From NCBI GenBank assembly GCA_964016885.1, contig OZ024744.1, positions 122,698,001-122,762,000 on the forward strand: 64,000 nucleotides of DNA, written 5' to 3'. Shown piece after piece: positions 12,568 to 26,856 of this stretch. The position numbers and the translations under genes were made by a program. Below the pieces are notes generated by a model. That model saw only the letters and a list, made by a program, of their open reading frames with translations. It did not search any database and was not told the origin of the DNA. Each line of letters starts with the position of its first letter. Position 1 is the first letter of the stretch. This stretch comes from Eledone cirrhosa (Eukaryota).

Positions 12568-14366
12568 CGGCGCTGCCCGTGGTGGAAGTCTTCGTGAGGG
12601 GGAAGCCACAGCGAGCCCTCGTGGACTCAGGCTGTATAACGACACTGGTGACTGCGGGGGTGGCGCAGAGGTGGGGAGGGAAGAGCAGTGTAAGGGCAGT
12701 CGACGGCAGGAAAATTGAATGCCGAGGTCGCAGCGAGGTGGAAATAGCAGTACGGGGAAGGAGGATAAAGCTTTCGGCCATCGTAGTAGACAGTGTGGTG
12801 GATGGGATCGGCGTGGTTATGGGCATGGACGCGATTGGCCAGTTAGGAGGCGTCACGGTGGACAACCTCGGTGTGTCGTTTGGCGCCGCTGCATCGGCAT
12901 GCGCTGTGAGTGCACGTCATGAGAACCAGAAGGCTCACGAGGAGGAATACCCCGCTTACACTGTGCAGGACAAAGACTTCAAGGCCGTGTTTGATGGGCA
13001 GCGATGGGTTGTTGAGTGGTACTGGAAGGGAGAACCACCAACACTGAAGACCAAAGTGGGCTGCTATCAACACACATTGAAGGGAAACGCTAGGAGCGAG
13101 TTCGAGCGAGAAGTAGAGAGATGGATCGAAGAGGGCATACTGCTGCCCTGGAAGGAGGAGGTGAAGTGCGGAGTATTGCCGTTAATGGCGGTGGTGCAAC
13201 CCACGAAGAGCAAGGTGAGGCCGGTGCTGGACTATCAGGAGCTGAACGAACACGTATCATGCCACACGGGTGGCGAGGTCACGGATATCTGCGGGGAAAC
13301 CCTGCGTGAGTGGAGACGCATGACGGGGGGTTCAGCGATCGTAGACTTAAAGTCGGCTTACTTGCAGTTGCATATAGCTGAGAAGCTCTGGCGGTATCAG
13401 CTGGTCAGGTATAAGGGCCGGACATATTGCCTGACCAGGCTCGGTTTCGGGCTGAGCTCCGCACCGAAGATCATGGCGGCGGTCCTCAAGACCGTTCTGG
13501 GGAAGGCTGACAAGATAAAGAGGGCTACTAACTCCTACATTGACGACATCTTAGTGGACGAGGCGGTGGTGTCGGCGGCGGAGGTCACGAGCTATTTACA
13601 GGGGTACGGACTGACTGCGAAGCCGTCAGCATTGGAGGGAGGAGCCGCGCTGGGACTTAGGCTACGGCGAGACAAGACGGGCGTTTTGGTGTTCCAGAGG
13701 GGAAACGAAGTTCCGGAACTGGGCCAAAGTATGAATAGGCGGGAGCTTTTCTTGGTGTGTGGAAAGTTGGTGGGTCACTACCCGATTGCTCTGTGGCTCC
13801 AGACGGCATGCAGCTATGTCAAGAGACGAGCGGGAGGGGTGACTTGGAGTGACAGAGTGGGAGAGAGGACGGTGGCCATGATGCAGGAGATCGTGGGAAG
13901 GGTGAAGGCCGACGATCCAGTGCGGGGACGCTGGTATGTTCCCAAATCACAGAGCGGGACCGTGTGGTGCGGTGCCAGCAGCATAGCGCTGGGTGTCACG
14001 TTGGAGATAGGAGGTGTTGAGGTCGAGGATGCAGCCTGGCTTAAAAAGAAGGACGACTGCAGCCACATCAATGTGGCCGAACTGGACGCGGTGTTGAGAG
14101 GAGTGAACCTCGCCCTGCGGTGGGGGCTGCGAACCATCGAGATACGCACCGACTCGGCTACTGTTCTCGGATGGGTAAGATCAGTGCTCACCAGTGAGAA
14201 GAGAGTGCGAACGAGAGGCGCGGCGGAGATGCTGATAAAGCGCCGCCTGGGAACGTTAGGAGAGCTGGCCACCGAGTTCGACCTGAGGCTGAGCGTAGTT
14301 TTCGTGCCCTCAGAGAAAAACAGGGCGGACATATTAACTAGGGTGAAGAAAGCCTGGAGGAAGTAG
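12564..14366 (+). CDS. pol: pol: aspartic protease, reverse transcriptase, RNase H
   Basis: ALVDSGC; RPVLDY, VDLKSAYLQL, LGFGLSSAP, YIDD; WCGAS (expected D appears as G), HINVAEL, TDS, NRADILTR. Confidence 0.9.
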   Translation, partial: VAALPVVEVFVRGKPQRALVDSGCITTLVTAGVAQRWGGKSSVRAVDGRKIECRGRSEVEIAVRGRRIKLSAIVVDSVVDGIGVVMGMDAIGQLGGVTVDNLGVSFGAAASACAVSARHENQKAHEEEYPAYTVQDKDFKAVFDGQRWVVEWYWKGEPPTLKTKVGCYQHTLKGNARSEFEREVERWIEEGILLPWKEEVKCGVLPLMAVVQPTKSKVRPVLDYQELNEHVSCHTGGEVTDICGETLREWRRMTGGSAIVDLKSAYLQLHIAEKLWRYQLVRYKGRTYCLTRLGFGLSSAPKIMAAVLKTVLGKADKIKRATNSYIDDILVDEAVVSAAEVTSYLQGYGLTAKPSALEGGAALGLRLRRDKTGVLVFQRGNEVPELGQSMNRRELFLVCGKLVGHYPIALWLQTACSYVKRRAGGVTWSDRVGERTVAMMQEIVGRVKADDPVRGRWYVPKSQSGTVWCGASSIALGVTLEIGGVEVEDAAWLKKKDDCSHINVAELDAVLRGVNLALRWGLRTIEIRTDSATVLGWVRSVLTSEKRVRTRGAAEMLIKRRLGTLGELATEFDLRLSVVFVPSEKNRADILTRVKKAWRK

Positions 14367-15372
14367 AGGATGAGATAGCTGCTGTGTGTCAGCTGACCGA
14401 GTCGGATCTAAAGGGGTTGCATGACATGCACCACATGGGGGTGGATAGGAGCCTGTTCCTAGCCAGGAGAATCGACCCGGATGTTAGCAGACAGTGTTCA
14501 GGGAGTGGTTAGAGGCTGCGTCCGATGCCAATCCATTGATCCCGCCCCGGGTGTACACGAAACGGGAAGCCTCCCGGTGGATCGCGACTGGAAGCGATTA
14601 GCGGTGGATGTGACGCACTACCGGCAGGGAACGTACCTCTCGATAGTCGACTGTGGACCAGGTCGAATGGCGATATGGAGGGAGATGAGGACTGGAACGG
14701 CCGAGGAAATCGTGCGGACGTTGAGAGGTGTTCTTGGAGCGGGGCCCTGTGGACGAACTGCTGATGGACAACAGCACAGCGTTCCGCTCGGAGGCACTGA
14801 GGGAGATGCTCGATGGATGGAAGGTGAAGCGTTTCTTCAGAGCGGCACACAGGCCGAGCGGGAATGGAATCGTGGAGCGACACCACCGGACGATCAAGGC
14901 AATGGCGGAGTGGGGCCATGTCTCACCAATGGAGGCAGTGTTCTGGTACAACATGTCCCCTCGCGTTAGACAGGTCGAGGAATCGGTGCCACACAGAGCA
15001 GTATTCAAATACGAGTGGAGGCACCCGTGCACACCACCACAACGGCCAGTGGGGAAAGAGAGTGCATTCGTGCAGGTGGACGAAGAAGTCTGGGTTAAGC
15101 CCCCAGATGCACGTTGCACATCTCAATGGGGAAGGGGAACAGTGACGGCCGTAAATTCAAAGAACAATGTGTCCGTGGACGGGGTACCACGTCATGTCCT
15201 GGATGTAAGAAGAGTCACTGTGTCGGAGGACTCCGAGGAAGAGGAAACCCAAGATGAGGTGGAAACTCAGAGCCCTGCCCCAATACTACGGAGATCACAA
15301 CGATGTCGTAGACCACCAACCTGGACAGCAGACTTCCACATGCAGAGAGACGAGGAGGAAATTGATCCTTGA
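14354..15372 (+). pseudogene. Integrase (HHCC plus DDE) split by three frameshifts
   Basis: LHDMHHMGVDRS / CVRCQSIDPAP..LAVDVTH / LMDNSTAF..GNGIVERHHRTIK lie in successive frames (shifts near 14355, 14490, 14728). Confidence 0.88.
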
Positions 15373-15385
15373 GATCAGGGGGGCG

Positions 15386-15763
15386 TGTGGGTATGGTGTG
15401 GCGTGCGGTGGCTGCAGGTGCCTAGTGGTGCCTAGCAACGGGGCGAACGCCAGTTTGGGCAGTGTCTAGCAACGGGGTGAACGCAAGTTTGGGCAGTACC
15501 TAGCGTAGTACCTAGCAACGGCGTAAACGCCAGTTTGGGATCTCCCGGTGCTAGGTAGTTGGAAGCAGGCAGGCGAGGAGTAAGGAGCAGGACGATAGCA
15601 GCGCTAGTGAAAAGAGCAAAACGATATGGGACTGTTGATACGAGGATAGAGACGGCCAACCGAGGAAGACGGACGTACATGAAATGGTCTTCAAACTACC
15701 ATGCAGTGGAGATTGAGCGGCGCCTTTGAAAAGCGGTAAGTGAGATAGCTTTTTCCAACCACA
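15386..15763 (+). repeat. 3' LTR
   Basis: TGTGG...CCACA, preceded by a polypurine tract. Confidence 0.93.
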
Positions 15764-16103
15764 TGTATATATATATATGTGTGTATATATATATATGTGT
15801 GTATATATATACATGTGTATATATATATGTGTATGTGTATATATATACATGTGTATATATATATATACATGTGTATGTATATATATACACGTGTATGTAT
15901 ATATATACATGTGTATGTATATATATACATGTGTATGTATATATATATATACATGTGTATATATATATACATGTGTATATATATATATATGTGTGTATAT
16001 ATATATATGTGTATATATATATATATATATGTGTGTATATATATATATATATATGTGTGTGTATATATATATGTGTATATATATATATGTGTGTATGTAT
16101 ATA

Positions 16104-16134
<31 letters not shown>

Positions 16135-16179
16135 GTGTATATATATATATATATATGTGTGTATATATATATATATATA

Positions 16180-16220
<41 letters not shown>

Positions 16221-16227
16221 CGTTTAT

Positions 16228-16270
<43 letters not shown>

Positions 16271-16274
16271 TACA
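15764..16274. repeat. (TA)n/(TG) compound microsatellite
   Basis: Direct reading. Confidence 0.95.
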
Positions 16275-17318
16275 TACAGGTACACATACATATATGTACG
16301 CATCAGTTTAGCAGACGCTTATTATAACGCCGCTTTGTTCGTTTGTAAACAAACTGAACAGCCTGAATTTATGCCGCACGGTGTTAAGGCAACCACGTCA
16401 CCTTTTTGTTCAACACTGACACAGGAACGATGTACTAGTTTCAAGCTTGTTAGCTATCATCAGCACCGTTTACCCATCTGCCAGATAGTTGAACGTTCGA
16501 AAGTATATACTTTCCTTATGAAAATTAACGGCTGAGCAGCCTAATTTGCATATCGAGTGAGTTAAATCGGTCAGGCGCACCGAAAACGATGAGTTGTAAT
16601 AAAATGAAAACGAAATTTCATTTCTCACTCTTAGTACGGCACTTACATAAATGTAAGTATGTATGTATACGTACATACATATATGTATACAGACGTAAAA
16701 TAACATGCATATATATATATATATACATAGATACAGGTACACAGACATATATGTACGCATAAGTTTAGCGGACGCTTATTATAGCGCCCGCTTTGTTCAT
16801 TTGTAAACAAACTGAACAGCCTGAATTTATGCCGCACGGTGTTAAGGCAACCACGTCACCTTTTTGTTCAACACTGACACAGGAACGATGTACTAGTTTC
16901 AAGCTTGTTAGCTATCATCAGCACCGTATACCCATCTGCCAGATGGTTGAACGTTCGAAAGTATATCTTTCCTTATGAAAATTAACGGCTGAGCAGCCTA
17001 ATTTGCATATCGAGTGAGTTAAATCGGTCAGGCGCACCGAAAACGATGAGTTGTAATAAAATTAAAACAAAATTTCATTTCTCACTCTTAGTATGGCACT
17101 TACTTAAATGTAAGTATGTATGTATATCTATGTATATGTATATGTATGTATATGTATGTATGTATATGTATATGTATGTATATGTATGTATATGTATGTA
17201 TATGTATGTATATGTATATGCATATGTATATGTATGTATATGTATGTATACGTATACATTTAAGTAAGTGCCGTACTAAGAGTGAGAAATGAAATTTCGT
17301 TTTCATTTTATTACAACT
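16275..17318. repeat. Tandem duplication (457-bp period) of an unclassified element, followed by an inverted copy of its last ~64 bp
   Basis: Units start at 16275 and 16732. 17255-17318 is the reverse complement of the unit end, separated from it by ~140 bp of (TATG)n. Confidence 0.85.
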
Positions 17319-17337
17319 ATACATATATACATATACA

Positions 17338-17391
<54 letters not shown>

Positions 17392-17478
17392 TATATATAT
17401 ATACATATACATATATATATATACATACATATATATATATACATATACATACATACATATACATATACATATATATAT

Positions 17479-17547
<69 letters not shown>

Positions 17548-17613
17548 CATATACATATATATATATACATATATATATATATACATATATACATATATAT
17601 ATATAGACATATA

Positions 17614-17647
<34 letters not shown>

Positions 17648-17677
17648 CATATATACATATATATATATAGACATATA

Positions 17678-17709
<32 letters not shown>

Positions 17710-17726
17710 CATATATATATATATAC

Positions 17727-17757
<31 letters not shown>

Positions 17758-17768
17758 CATATATATAC

Positions 17769-17813
<45 letters not shown>

Positions 17814-17982
17814 CATATATATATATATACATATATATACATATATATATATATATACATATATATATACATATATATACATATATATATACATATATAT
17901 ACATATATATATACATATATATATATATATACATATATATACATATATATACATATATATACATATATATACATATATATAC

Positions 17983-18019
<37 letters not shown>

Positions 18020-18040
18020 CATATATATACATATATATAC

Positions 18041-18075
<35 letters not shown>

Positions 18076-18252
18076 CATATATATACATATATATATATAT
18101 ATATACATACATATATATACATATATATATATATACATATATATACATATACATACATATATATATATATACATATATATACATATACATATATATGCAT
18201 ATATATACATATATATATATATACATACATATATATACATATATATATATAC

Positions 18253-18289
<37 letters not shown>

Positions 18290-18314
18290 CATATATATAT
18301 ATACATATATATAC

Positions 18315-18348
<34 letters not shown>

Positions 18349-18406
18349 ACATATATATATATATACATACATATATATACGTATATATATATATACATAT
18401 ATATAC

Positions 18407-18438
<32 letters not shown>

Positions 18439-18442
18439 ATAC

Positions 18443-18507
<65 letters not shown>

Positions 18508-18588
18508 CATATATATACATATACATATATATACATATATATACATATACATATATATACATATACATATATATACATATACATATAC

Positions 18589-18619
<31 letters not shown>

Positions 18620-18626
18620 CATATAC

Positions 18627-18659
<33 letters not shown>

Positions 18660-18704
18660 CATATATATACATATATATACATACATATATATATATATAT
18701 ATAC

Positions 18705-18751
<47 letters not shown>

Positions 18752-18842
18752 CATATATATATATATACATATATACATATATATACATACATATATATAT
18801 ATACATATATATATACATACATATATATATACATACATATAC

Positions 18843-18907
<65 letters not shown>

Positions 18908-18966
18908 CATATATATACATACATATATATACATATATATACATATATATATATACATATATATAC

Positions 18967-19001
<35 letters not shown>

Positions 19002-19685
19002 CAAATATATACATATATATACATATATACATACATATATATATATATACATACATATATATACATATATATACATATATATACATATATATACATATAT
19101 ATACATATATATATATACATATATATACATATATATATATACATATATATATACATATATATATATACATATATATACATATATATATATATACATATAT
19201 ATATATAACGAAGGAAATGTGGTAAGGAACCAGGTGGACCATAACGTACCAAAGTACTCAATACTTGGAGTAGTAGAGTGGGTAATAGGAACCAGTAAGA
19301 CCACGACAGCTGAGTCCAGAATTAGCCGTCGAAACGGCTTGAGCTCAGCTGTCGGGGTCTTACTGGTTCTTATATACATATATATATATACATATATATA
19401 CATATATATACATATATATATATATATACATATATACATATATATACATATATATACATATATACATATATATACATATATACATATATATACATATATA
19501 CATATATATACATATATACATATATATACATATATACATATATATATATACATATATATACATATATATACATATATATATATATACATATATATACATA
19601 TACATATATATACATATATATATATACATATATATATATACATATACATATATATATATACATATACATATATATATACATATAC

Positions 19686-19716
<31 letters not shown>

Positions 19717-20212
19717 CATATATATACATATATATACATATACATATATATACATATATATATATACATATACATATATACATATACATATACATATACA
19801 TATATATATATACATATATATACATACATATACATATATATACATATATATACATATATATATATACATATATGTATATACATATATATATACATATATA
19901 TACATACATATATATATATACATATATATACATACATATATATACATATATATATATACATATATATATATACATATATATATATACATATATATATACA
20001 TATATATATATACATATATATATATACATATATATACATATATATATATACATATATATATACATATATATATATACATATATATATATACATATATATA
20101 CATATATATATATACATATATATACATATATATATATACATATATATACATATATATATATACATATATATATATACATATATATACATATATATATATA
20201 CATATATATACA

Positions 20213-20244
<32 letters not shown>

Positions 20245-20333
20245 CATATATATACATATATATATATACATATATATACATATATATATATACATATATA
20301 TACATATATATATATACATATATATATATATAC

Positions 20334-20412
<79 letters not shown>

Positions 20413-20461
20413 TATACATATATATATATACATATATATATATACATATATATATATATAC

Positions 20462-20502
<41 letters not shown>

Positions 20503-20799
20503 TATACATATATATATATATATACATATATATACAGATATATACATATATATATATATACATATATATATATACATATATATACAGATATATACATATA
20601 TATATATATACATATATATATATACATATATATACATATATATACATATATATATATACATATATATACATATATATACATATATATACATATATATATA
20701 TATATACATACATATATATATATCCATATATATACATACATATATATATATATACATATATATACATATCTATATATATATACATATATATATACATAC

Positions 20800-20832
<33 letters not shown>

Positions 20833-20878
20833 CATATATATATACATATATATATACATATATATATACATATACACA

Positions 20879-20920
<42 letters not shown>

Positions 20921-21291
20921 CATATATATATACATATATATATACATATATATATACATATACACATATATATACATATATATATACATATATATATACA
21001 TATACACATATATATATATATATATACATATATATATACATATACACATATATACATATACATATACATATACACATATATACATATACATATACATATA
21101 CACATATATATACATATACACATATACATATACACATATATATACATATACATATATACAAATACACATATATATACATATATATATACATATACACATA
21201 TATATACATATACATATATATATACATATACACATATATATACATATACATATACATATACATACATATACATATACATACATATACATAC

Positions 21292-21322
<31 letters not shown>

Positions 21323-21381
21323 CATATATATACATATATATACATATATATATATATATACATATATATACATATATATAC

Positions 21382-21418
<37 letters not shown>

Positions 21419-21429
21419 CATATATATAC

Positions 21430-21486
<57 letters not shown>

Positions 21487-21497
21487 CATATATATAC

Positions 21498-21530
<33 letters not shown>

Positions 21531-21551
21531 CATATATACATATATATATAC

Positions 21552-21582
<31 letters not shown>

Positions 21583-21627
21583 CTTATATATATATATACA
21601 TATATATATATATACATATATATATAC

Positions 21628-21666
<39 letters not shown>

Positions 21667-21702
21667 CATATATATACATATATATATATATATACATATA
21701 TA
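17319..21702. repeat. ~4.4 kb (TA)n/(TACA) microsatellite expansion, interrupted at 19208-19371
   Basis: Direct reading. Confidence 0.95.
19208..19371. mobile_element. Small hairpin-ended element, isomer B
   Basis: The arm is the reverse complement of the 7488-7572 arm; stem GAACCAGTAAGACCACGACAGCTGAG/CTCAGCTGTCGGGGTCTTACTGGTTC. Confidence 0.7.
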
Positions 21703-22633
21703 TGACCGGATAAGCCTTCAGTCAGACCTACTGCCTGTTACCCAATGGGCAGAAAAGAACAACATGTTACTGAACGAGTACAAATTCGAACTGATCCACT
21801 TTGGAAAAGAGGATGCTCTGAAACTCCCGTACTCCCTTCCCTCCGGGGAAACTCTCGTGGCATCTAACAACATCAGAGACTTGGGAGTAACCGTGGACAG
21901 CAACATAAGCTGGACCACGCATATAAGCAGCAAAGTTGACATGGCCCGCAGAATGTGTTCCTGGATCCTCAGAACCTTCCAGTCGAGAGATTCCCGCACC
22001 ATTATCCTTCTCTTCTCTACTTTCGCCCGACCACACCTTGAATACTGTTGTCCACTGTGGTCTCCCCACACGAAACAAAGTATCATGAAACTTGAAGCTC
22101 CTCAAAGGGCAATCACGAAAAAGATAGATGGCATGTCAGACCTTGACTACTGGGGTCGATTGGAAAACCTGAAACTTTACTCACTCCAACGTCGCCGTGA
22201 GCGTTATATTATCTGCATGATGTGGAAAATGTTCCATCATCACTGCCCAAATGATGTTGGCATCGCCTTCAAGATACACCCAAGGCTTGGGCCCCGTGCT
22301 ATCCGTCCCATTCAAAAATCTAAATCGCAACTCATAACAACAATACGGCACAATTATTTCACCTCAATCGGCCCTGCTCTCTTCAACATCACACCAGGAC
22401 ACGTCAAAACAGAAACTGACCACACAAAATTCAAGAAGTCTTTGGACAAATTCCTCCAAGTAATCCCGGACAAACCACCCACACCCGGATATGTCTCCGC
22501 AAACAGTAATTCTCTTCTCGAATGGGCCATGGTGCCCAAATCCTGAATTGAAAGACTTCGCCAGGTGGTGCTATTAAGTTAGACATGGCCTGGGCCAATA
22601 CTGGCCAAAACATTTCAAAGTTATTCAAAGTTA
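21703..22633 (+). mobile_element. 5'-truncated CR1-clade LINE (ORF2 C-terminus, 3' UTR, short repeat tail)
   Basis: Open frame to 22546: [50 protein letters not shown]; tail (TTCAAAGTTA)2. Confidence 0.92.
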
Positions 22634-23265
<632 letters not shown>

Positions 23266-23268
23266 AAC

Positions 23269-24322
23269 GCTCATAGCTGATTCAATGGCCGAGCTAGAGA
23301 AGAAATTCCAAACATGGAAGCACGGCCTAGAATCAAAAGGCCTTAAAATTAATCTGGCTAAGACTAAAGTTCTAGTTTGTAGGAAAGAAAATAAGGTGCC
23401 GGTCCCTTCTGGGAAATGGCCATGCTCAGTGTGTAGGAAAGGCGTAGTTAGAAACTCAATTTTATGTGCCAAATGCAGAATATGGGTGCATAAAAGATGT
23501 AGTGGGATCACAGGTAAGCTAACTAAGAACATAGATTTTACATGTGGCCGGTGCTCTGGTGCAATAAGTAGCAGCAAGTGCCCATAAAATACTAGCTCCT
23601 TCAATTGCGCAGAAGGTTCTATAGAAATAGTGGGCAGCTTCCGTTACCTGGGTGACAAAATCAGCAGTGGAGGAGGGTGCTCTGAAAGTACAGTAGCTAG
23701 AGTCACATATATATACATACACATATATATTGGTATGGTCACGTGATGCGCATGAAAGACGACAGCTGTATAAAAAAAAGTGCAGAGCAATAAAGATAGA
23801 CGGTAGCCACGGAGTAGGCAGACCCAGAAAAACCTGGGTCGACCTGATAAATTCCACACTTACACCTCTCCAAGACAATGTCACTGGACCGAGACCTTTG
23901 GCGGTACTCAGTAATAGATAAGACCCGCCTTACCTAAATACAAAGTAAAACCTACTACATCAGTAGGCACCTCTAACAAAATACACCCCCGTCCCACCAC
24001 CCCCACCCCATCCGCACCGCCCCTTTCGATGTAAAGCTATGTTGGTGCCACAACATCCAGGCCGAAACAAATGAGGTCGTGTAGGTGTCACGACAAAAAA
24101 AAAAAAACACAGTCCACGCAGTAATGTGGCCGTGTAGGCAACACGGTAAAAACCTCCCAGCCCCACACTGTAAATGTGGTTGGTGTTAGGAAGGGCATCC
24201 AACTGTAGAAAACCCGCCAGACAGTCCTATGCAAGCAAGACAACCACTCTTGCCTCAAGTTGGAAAACTCCCGTCCAAACCCATGCAAGCGTGGAACATG
24301 GACGTTAAACGATGATGATGAT
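23269..24322 (+). mobile_element. Degenerate, internally deleted RTE-clade LINE 3' part
   Basis: [26 protein letters not shown], Cys-rich insert CSVC..CAKC..WVHKRC..CGRC, FRYLGD, WYGHVMRM, GRPRKTW, DRDLWR; 3' UTR ends GGACGTTAAAC(GAT)n. Confidence 0.88.
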
Positions 24323-25170
24323 ACATATATACATATATATAAATATATACATATATATAAATATATACATATATACACACATATATATATATACACATAT
24401 ATAAATATATACACACATATATATATATACACATATATAAACATATACACACATATATACATATACACACACACATATATATATACACATATATATATAC
24501 ACATATATAAATATATACACATATATAAATATATACATATATATAAATATATACATATATATAAATATATACATATATATAAATATATACATATATACAC
24601 ACACATATATATATATACATATATATACACATATAAATATATACACATATATAAATATATACATATATACACACATATATATATATATACACATATATAA
24701 ATATATACATATATATAAATATATACATATATATAAATATATACATATATACACACATATATATATATATACACATATATAAATATATACATATATACAC
24801 ACATATATATATATATACACATATATAAATATATACATATATACACACATATATATATATATACACATATATAAATATATACATATATACACACATATAT
24901 ATATATATACACATATATAAATATATACATATATACACACATATATATATATATACACACATATATATATATATACACATATATAAATATATACATATAT
25001 ACACATATATACACATATATATATACACATATACATATATATACACATATATATACATATATATATATACACACATATACATATATATATATACACACAT
25101 ATATACACATATATATATATATATATACACATATATATACACATATATATACACACATATATATACACAT
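24323..25170. repeat. Compound (TA)/(CA) microsatellite with a 12-bp CATATATAAATA(TA) periodicity
   Basis: Direct reading. Confidence 0.9.
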
Positions 25171-25412
25171 GTATGCGTGTGTGTGTTTGTGCGCGCACGA
25201 TTCTGAGCAAAGATACTACTGCTTTCTGTATTTGAAAGAAACGTTCGTAAATCTGTTAAATAGCAATATAGATTAATGCTGCTTATTATATATATATATA
25301 GCTAGAGAGAGAGATACATAGACAGATGGAAGGAGTTAGATAGACAGACAGATAAACATATAGATAGACAGATAGATAGACAGATAGACAGATAGACAGA
25401 CAGACAGACATG

Positions 25413-26055
25413 TTATTAGCCACAAGGGCACAAAAGAAGGGGACAAATACAAAGGGGAAGTTTACATACAATAAAAACGTAAAATATTATCACAAATGCA
25501 ATTTAAAAAGTAGTCGATTTTCCTCAATAGGGGGAGACAGCTCATATGGGTAACACATACCCCCGAAAAAAATGTGCAACACTCATCTCCAGGAGTACGA
25601 AGAGTTTGTACTCCTTTCCTCTCTTCCTCTTTTTTCTCAACCTACAGGCTGATATAGAGAGAAGGCCCATTCACTCGGGCCATTCTCGCCACTGTCACCC
25701 ACCTTTCATAAAACTTGCTGGGGTACAGCACCTCTCTCTCCATCCTGATTCTTCTTCCAAAGTGGTATTTGAAAAAAAGAATCAGTTGGCCGGAGAGAAA
25801 GGTGTCTGACCTCAGCCCTTTCAACCTTGTCCACCATACAACCTCTTTCGCCATAGCTATCACACAAAGGAAAACCGCCTCTCCTTCGTTTTTGAAGGAG
25901 GGTGGCGGTTTGATCATGACAATGGACTCGGTGGTCAACCGGATTGGTCCCACCCGTGACAATAGTCGTTCTACATAACCCCACAAGTCGGTGACGCCCG
26001 GGTAGTGTATGAATGCGTGCGCAACGGTTTCTTCGTCTCGCACGCACCTCGGACA
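25413..26055 (-). mobile_element. L1/Tx1-like LINE 3' fragment, type 1
   Basis: CPRCVRDEETVAHAFIHY (zf-RVT-like knuckle, last C lost)..AKEVVWWTR; stop at 25642; ends TGTGGCTAATAA plus simple repeat. Confidence 0.8.
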
Positions 26056-26249
26056 GAGACAAATAGACACATAGATAGACATATATATTTCTTTATTTAC
26101 AGACATATAGATAGACATATAGACAGACATATAGATATGTTTCTTTTATTTGCACCAGGGCATCAAAGGTGGGACAAGTACAATGGGGCGAGTTTACAAA
26201 ACAAGGCGTCCTCAATAAGGAGGAGGCAATAGATAGACATATAGATATA

Positions 26250-26707
26250 TTTCTTTATTAGCCACAAGGACGCACAAGAAAAGGGGACAATACAAAGACA
26301 TGCCGGAGATTTTACATACAGTCGAGTAAAAAATATAAAAACAATTACAACAATCGAAATCCCCAATAGGGGGAGGCACCACAAATGGGTTGTTTAATAC
26401 CCCGTCGATAGAACAACCCTCAACTTCAGGAGCGTGTTGTGCAAGTGCTCCTTTCTTCCTTTAGCTCTCTTCTTTAACCTACAGGCTTATAAACAGAGAT
26501 GGCCCAATCACTTGGGCCATTTTCGCCTCATTCACCCACCTTTCAGTAAATTTACTGGGGTGCAGTGCCTCTCTCTCCACCCTGATTCTCCTTCTAAAGT
26601 GTTACTTAAAGAAAGGAATCAATTGTTGTCCGGAGAGAAAGGCATCTGTCCTCAGTCCTCTCAACCGCGTCCACCATATAACTTCTTTCACCATAGTCAC
26701 CGTACAG
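26250..26707 (-). mobile_element. L1/Tx1-like LINE 3' fragment, type 2
   Basis: MVKEVIWWTRLRGLRTDAFLSGQQLIPFFK*, homologous to type 1 but with a different 3' UTR. Confidence 0.78.
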
Positions 26708-26856
26708 AGATATAGATAGACAGATAGATAGATAGACATATAGACAGATAGATAGACATATAGACAGATAGATAGATAGATAGACATATAGACAGATAGA
26801 TAGACATATAGATAGATAGATAGACATATAGATAGATTGATAGACATATAGATATA

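Larger units (their letters stand above)
11303..15763 (+). mobile_element. Full-length Ty3/Gypsy-order LTR retrotransposon, ~4.46 kb, coding region disrupted
   Basis: Two ~378-bp LTRs with TGTGG...CCACA outer termini, gag-PR-RT-RH-IN order, purine tract GAGATCAGGGGGGCG before the 3' LTR, possible 3-4 bp TSD ((A)TGT). Confidence 0.95.

Noticed and set aside
13814-15119. Antisense ORFs within the LTR element
   Set aside because: Shadow frames of GC-rich pol with no recognisable motifs.
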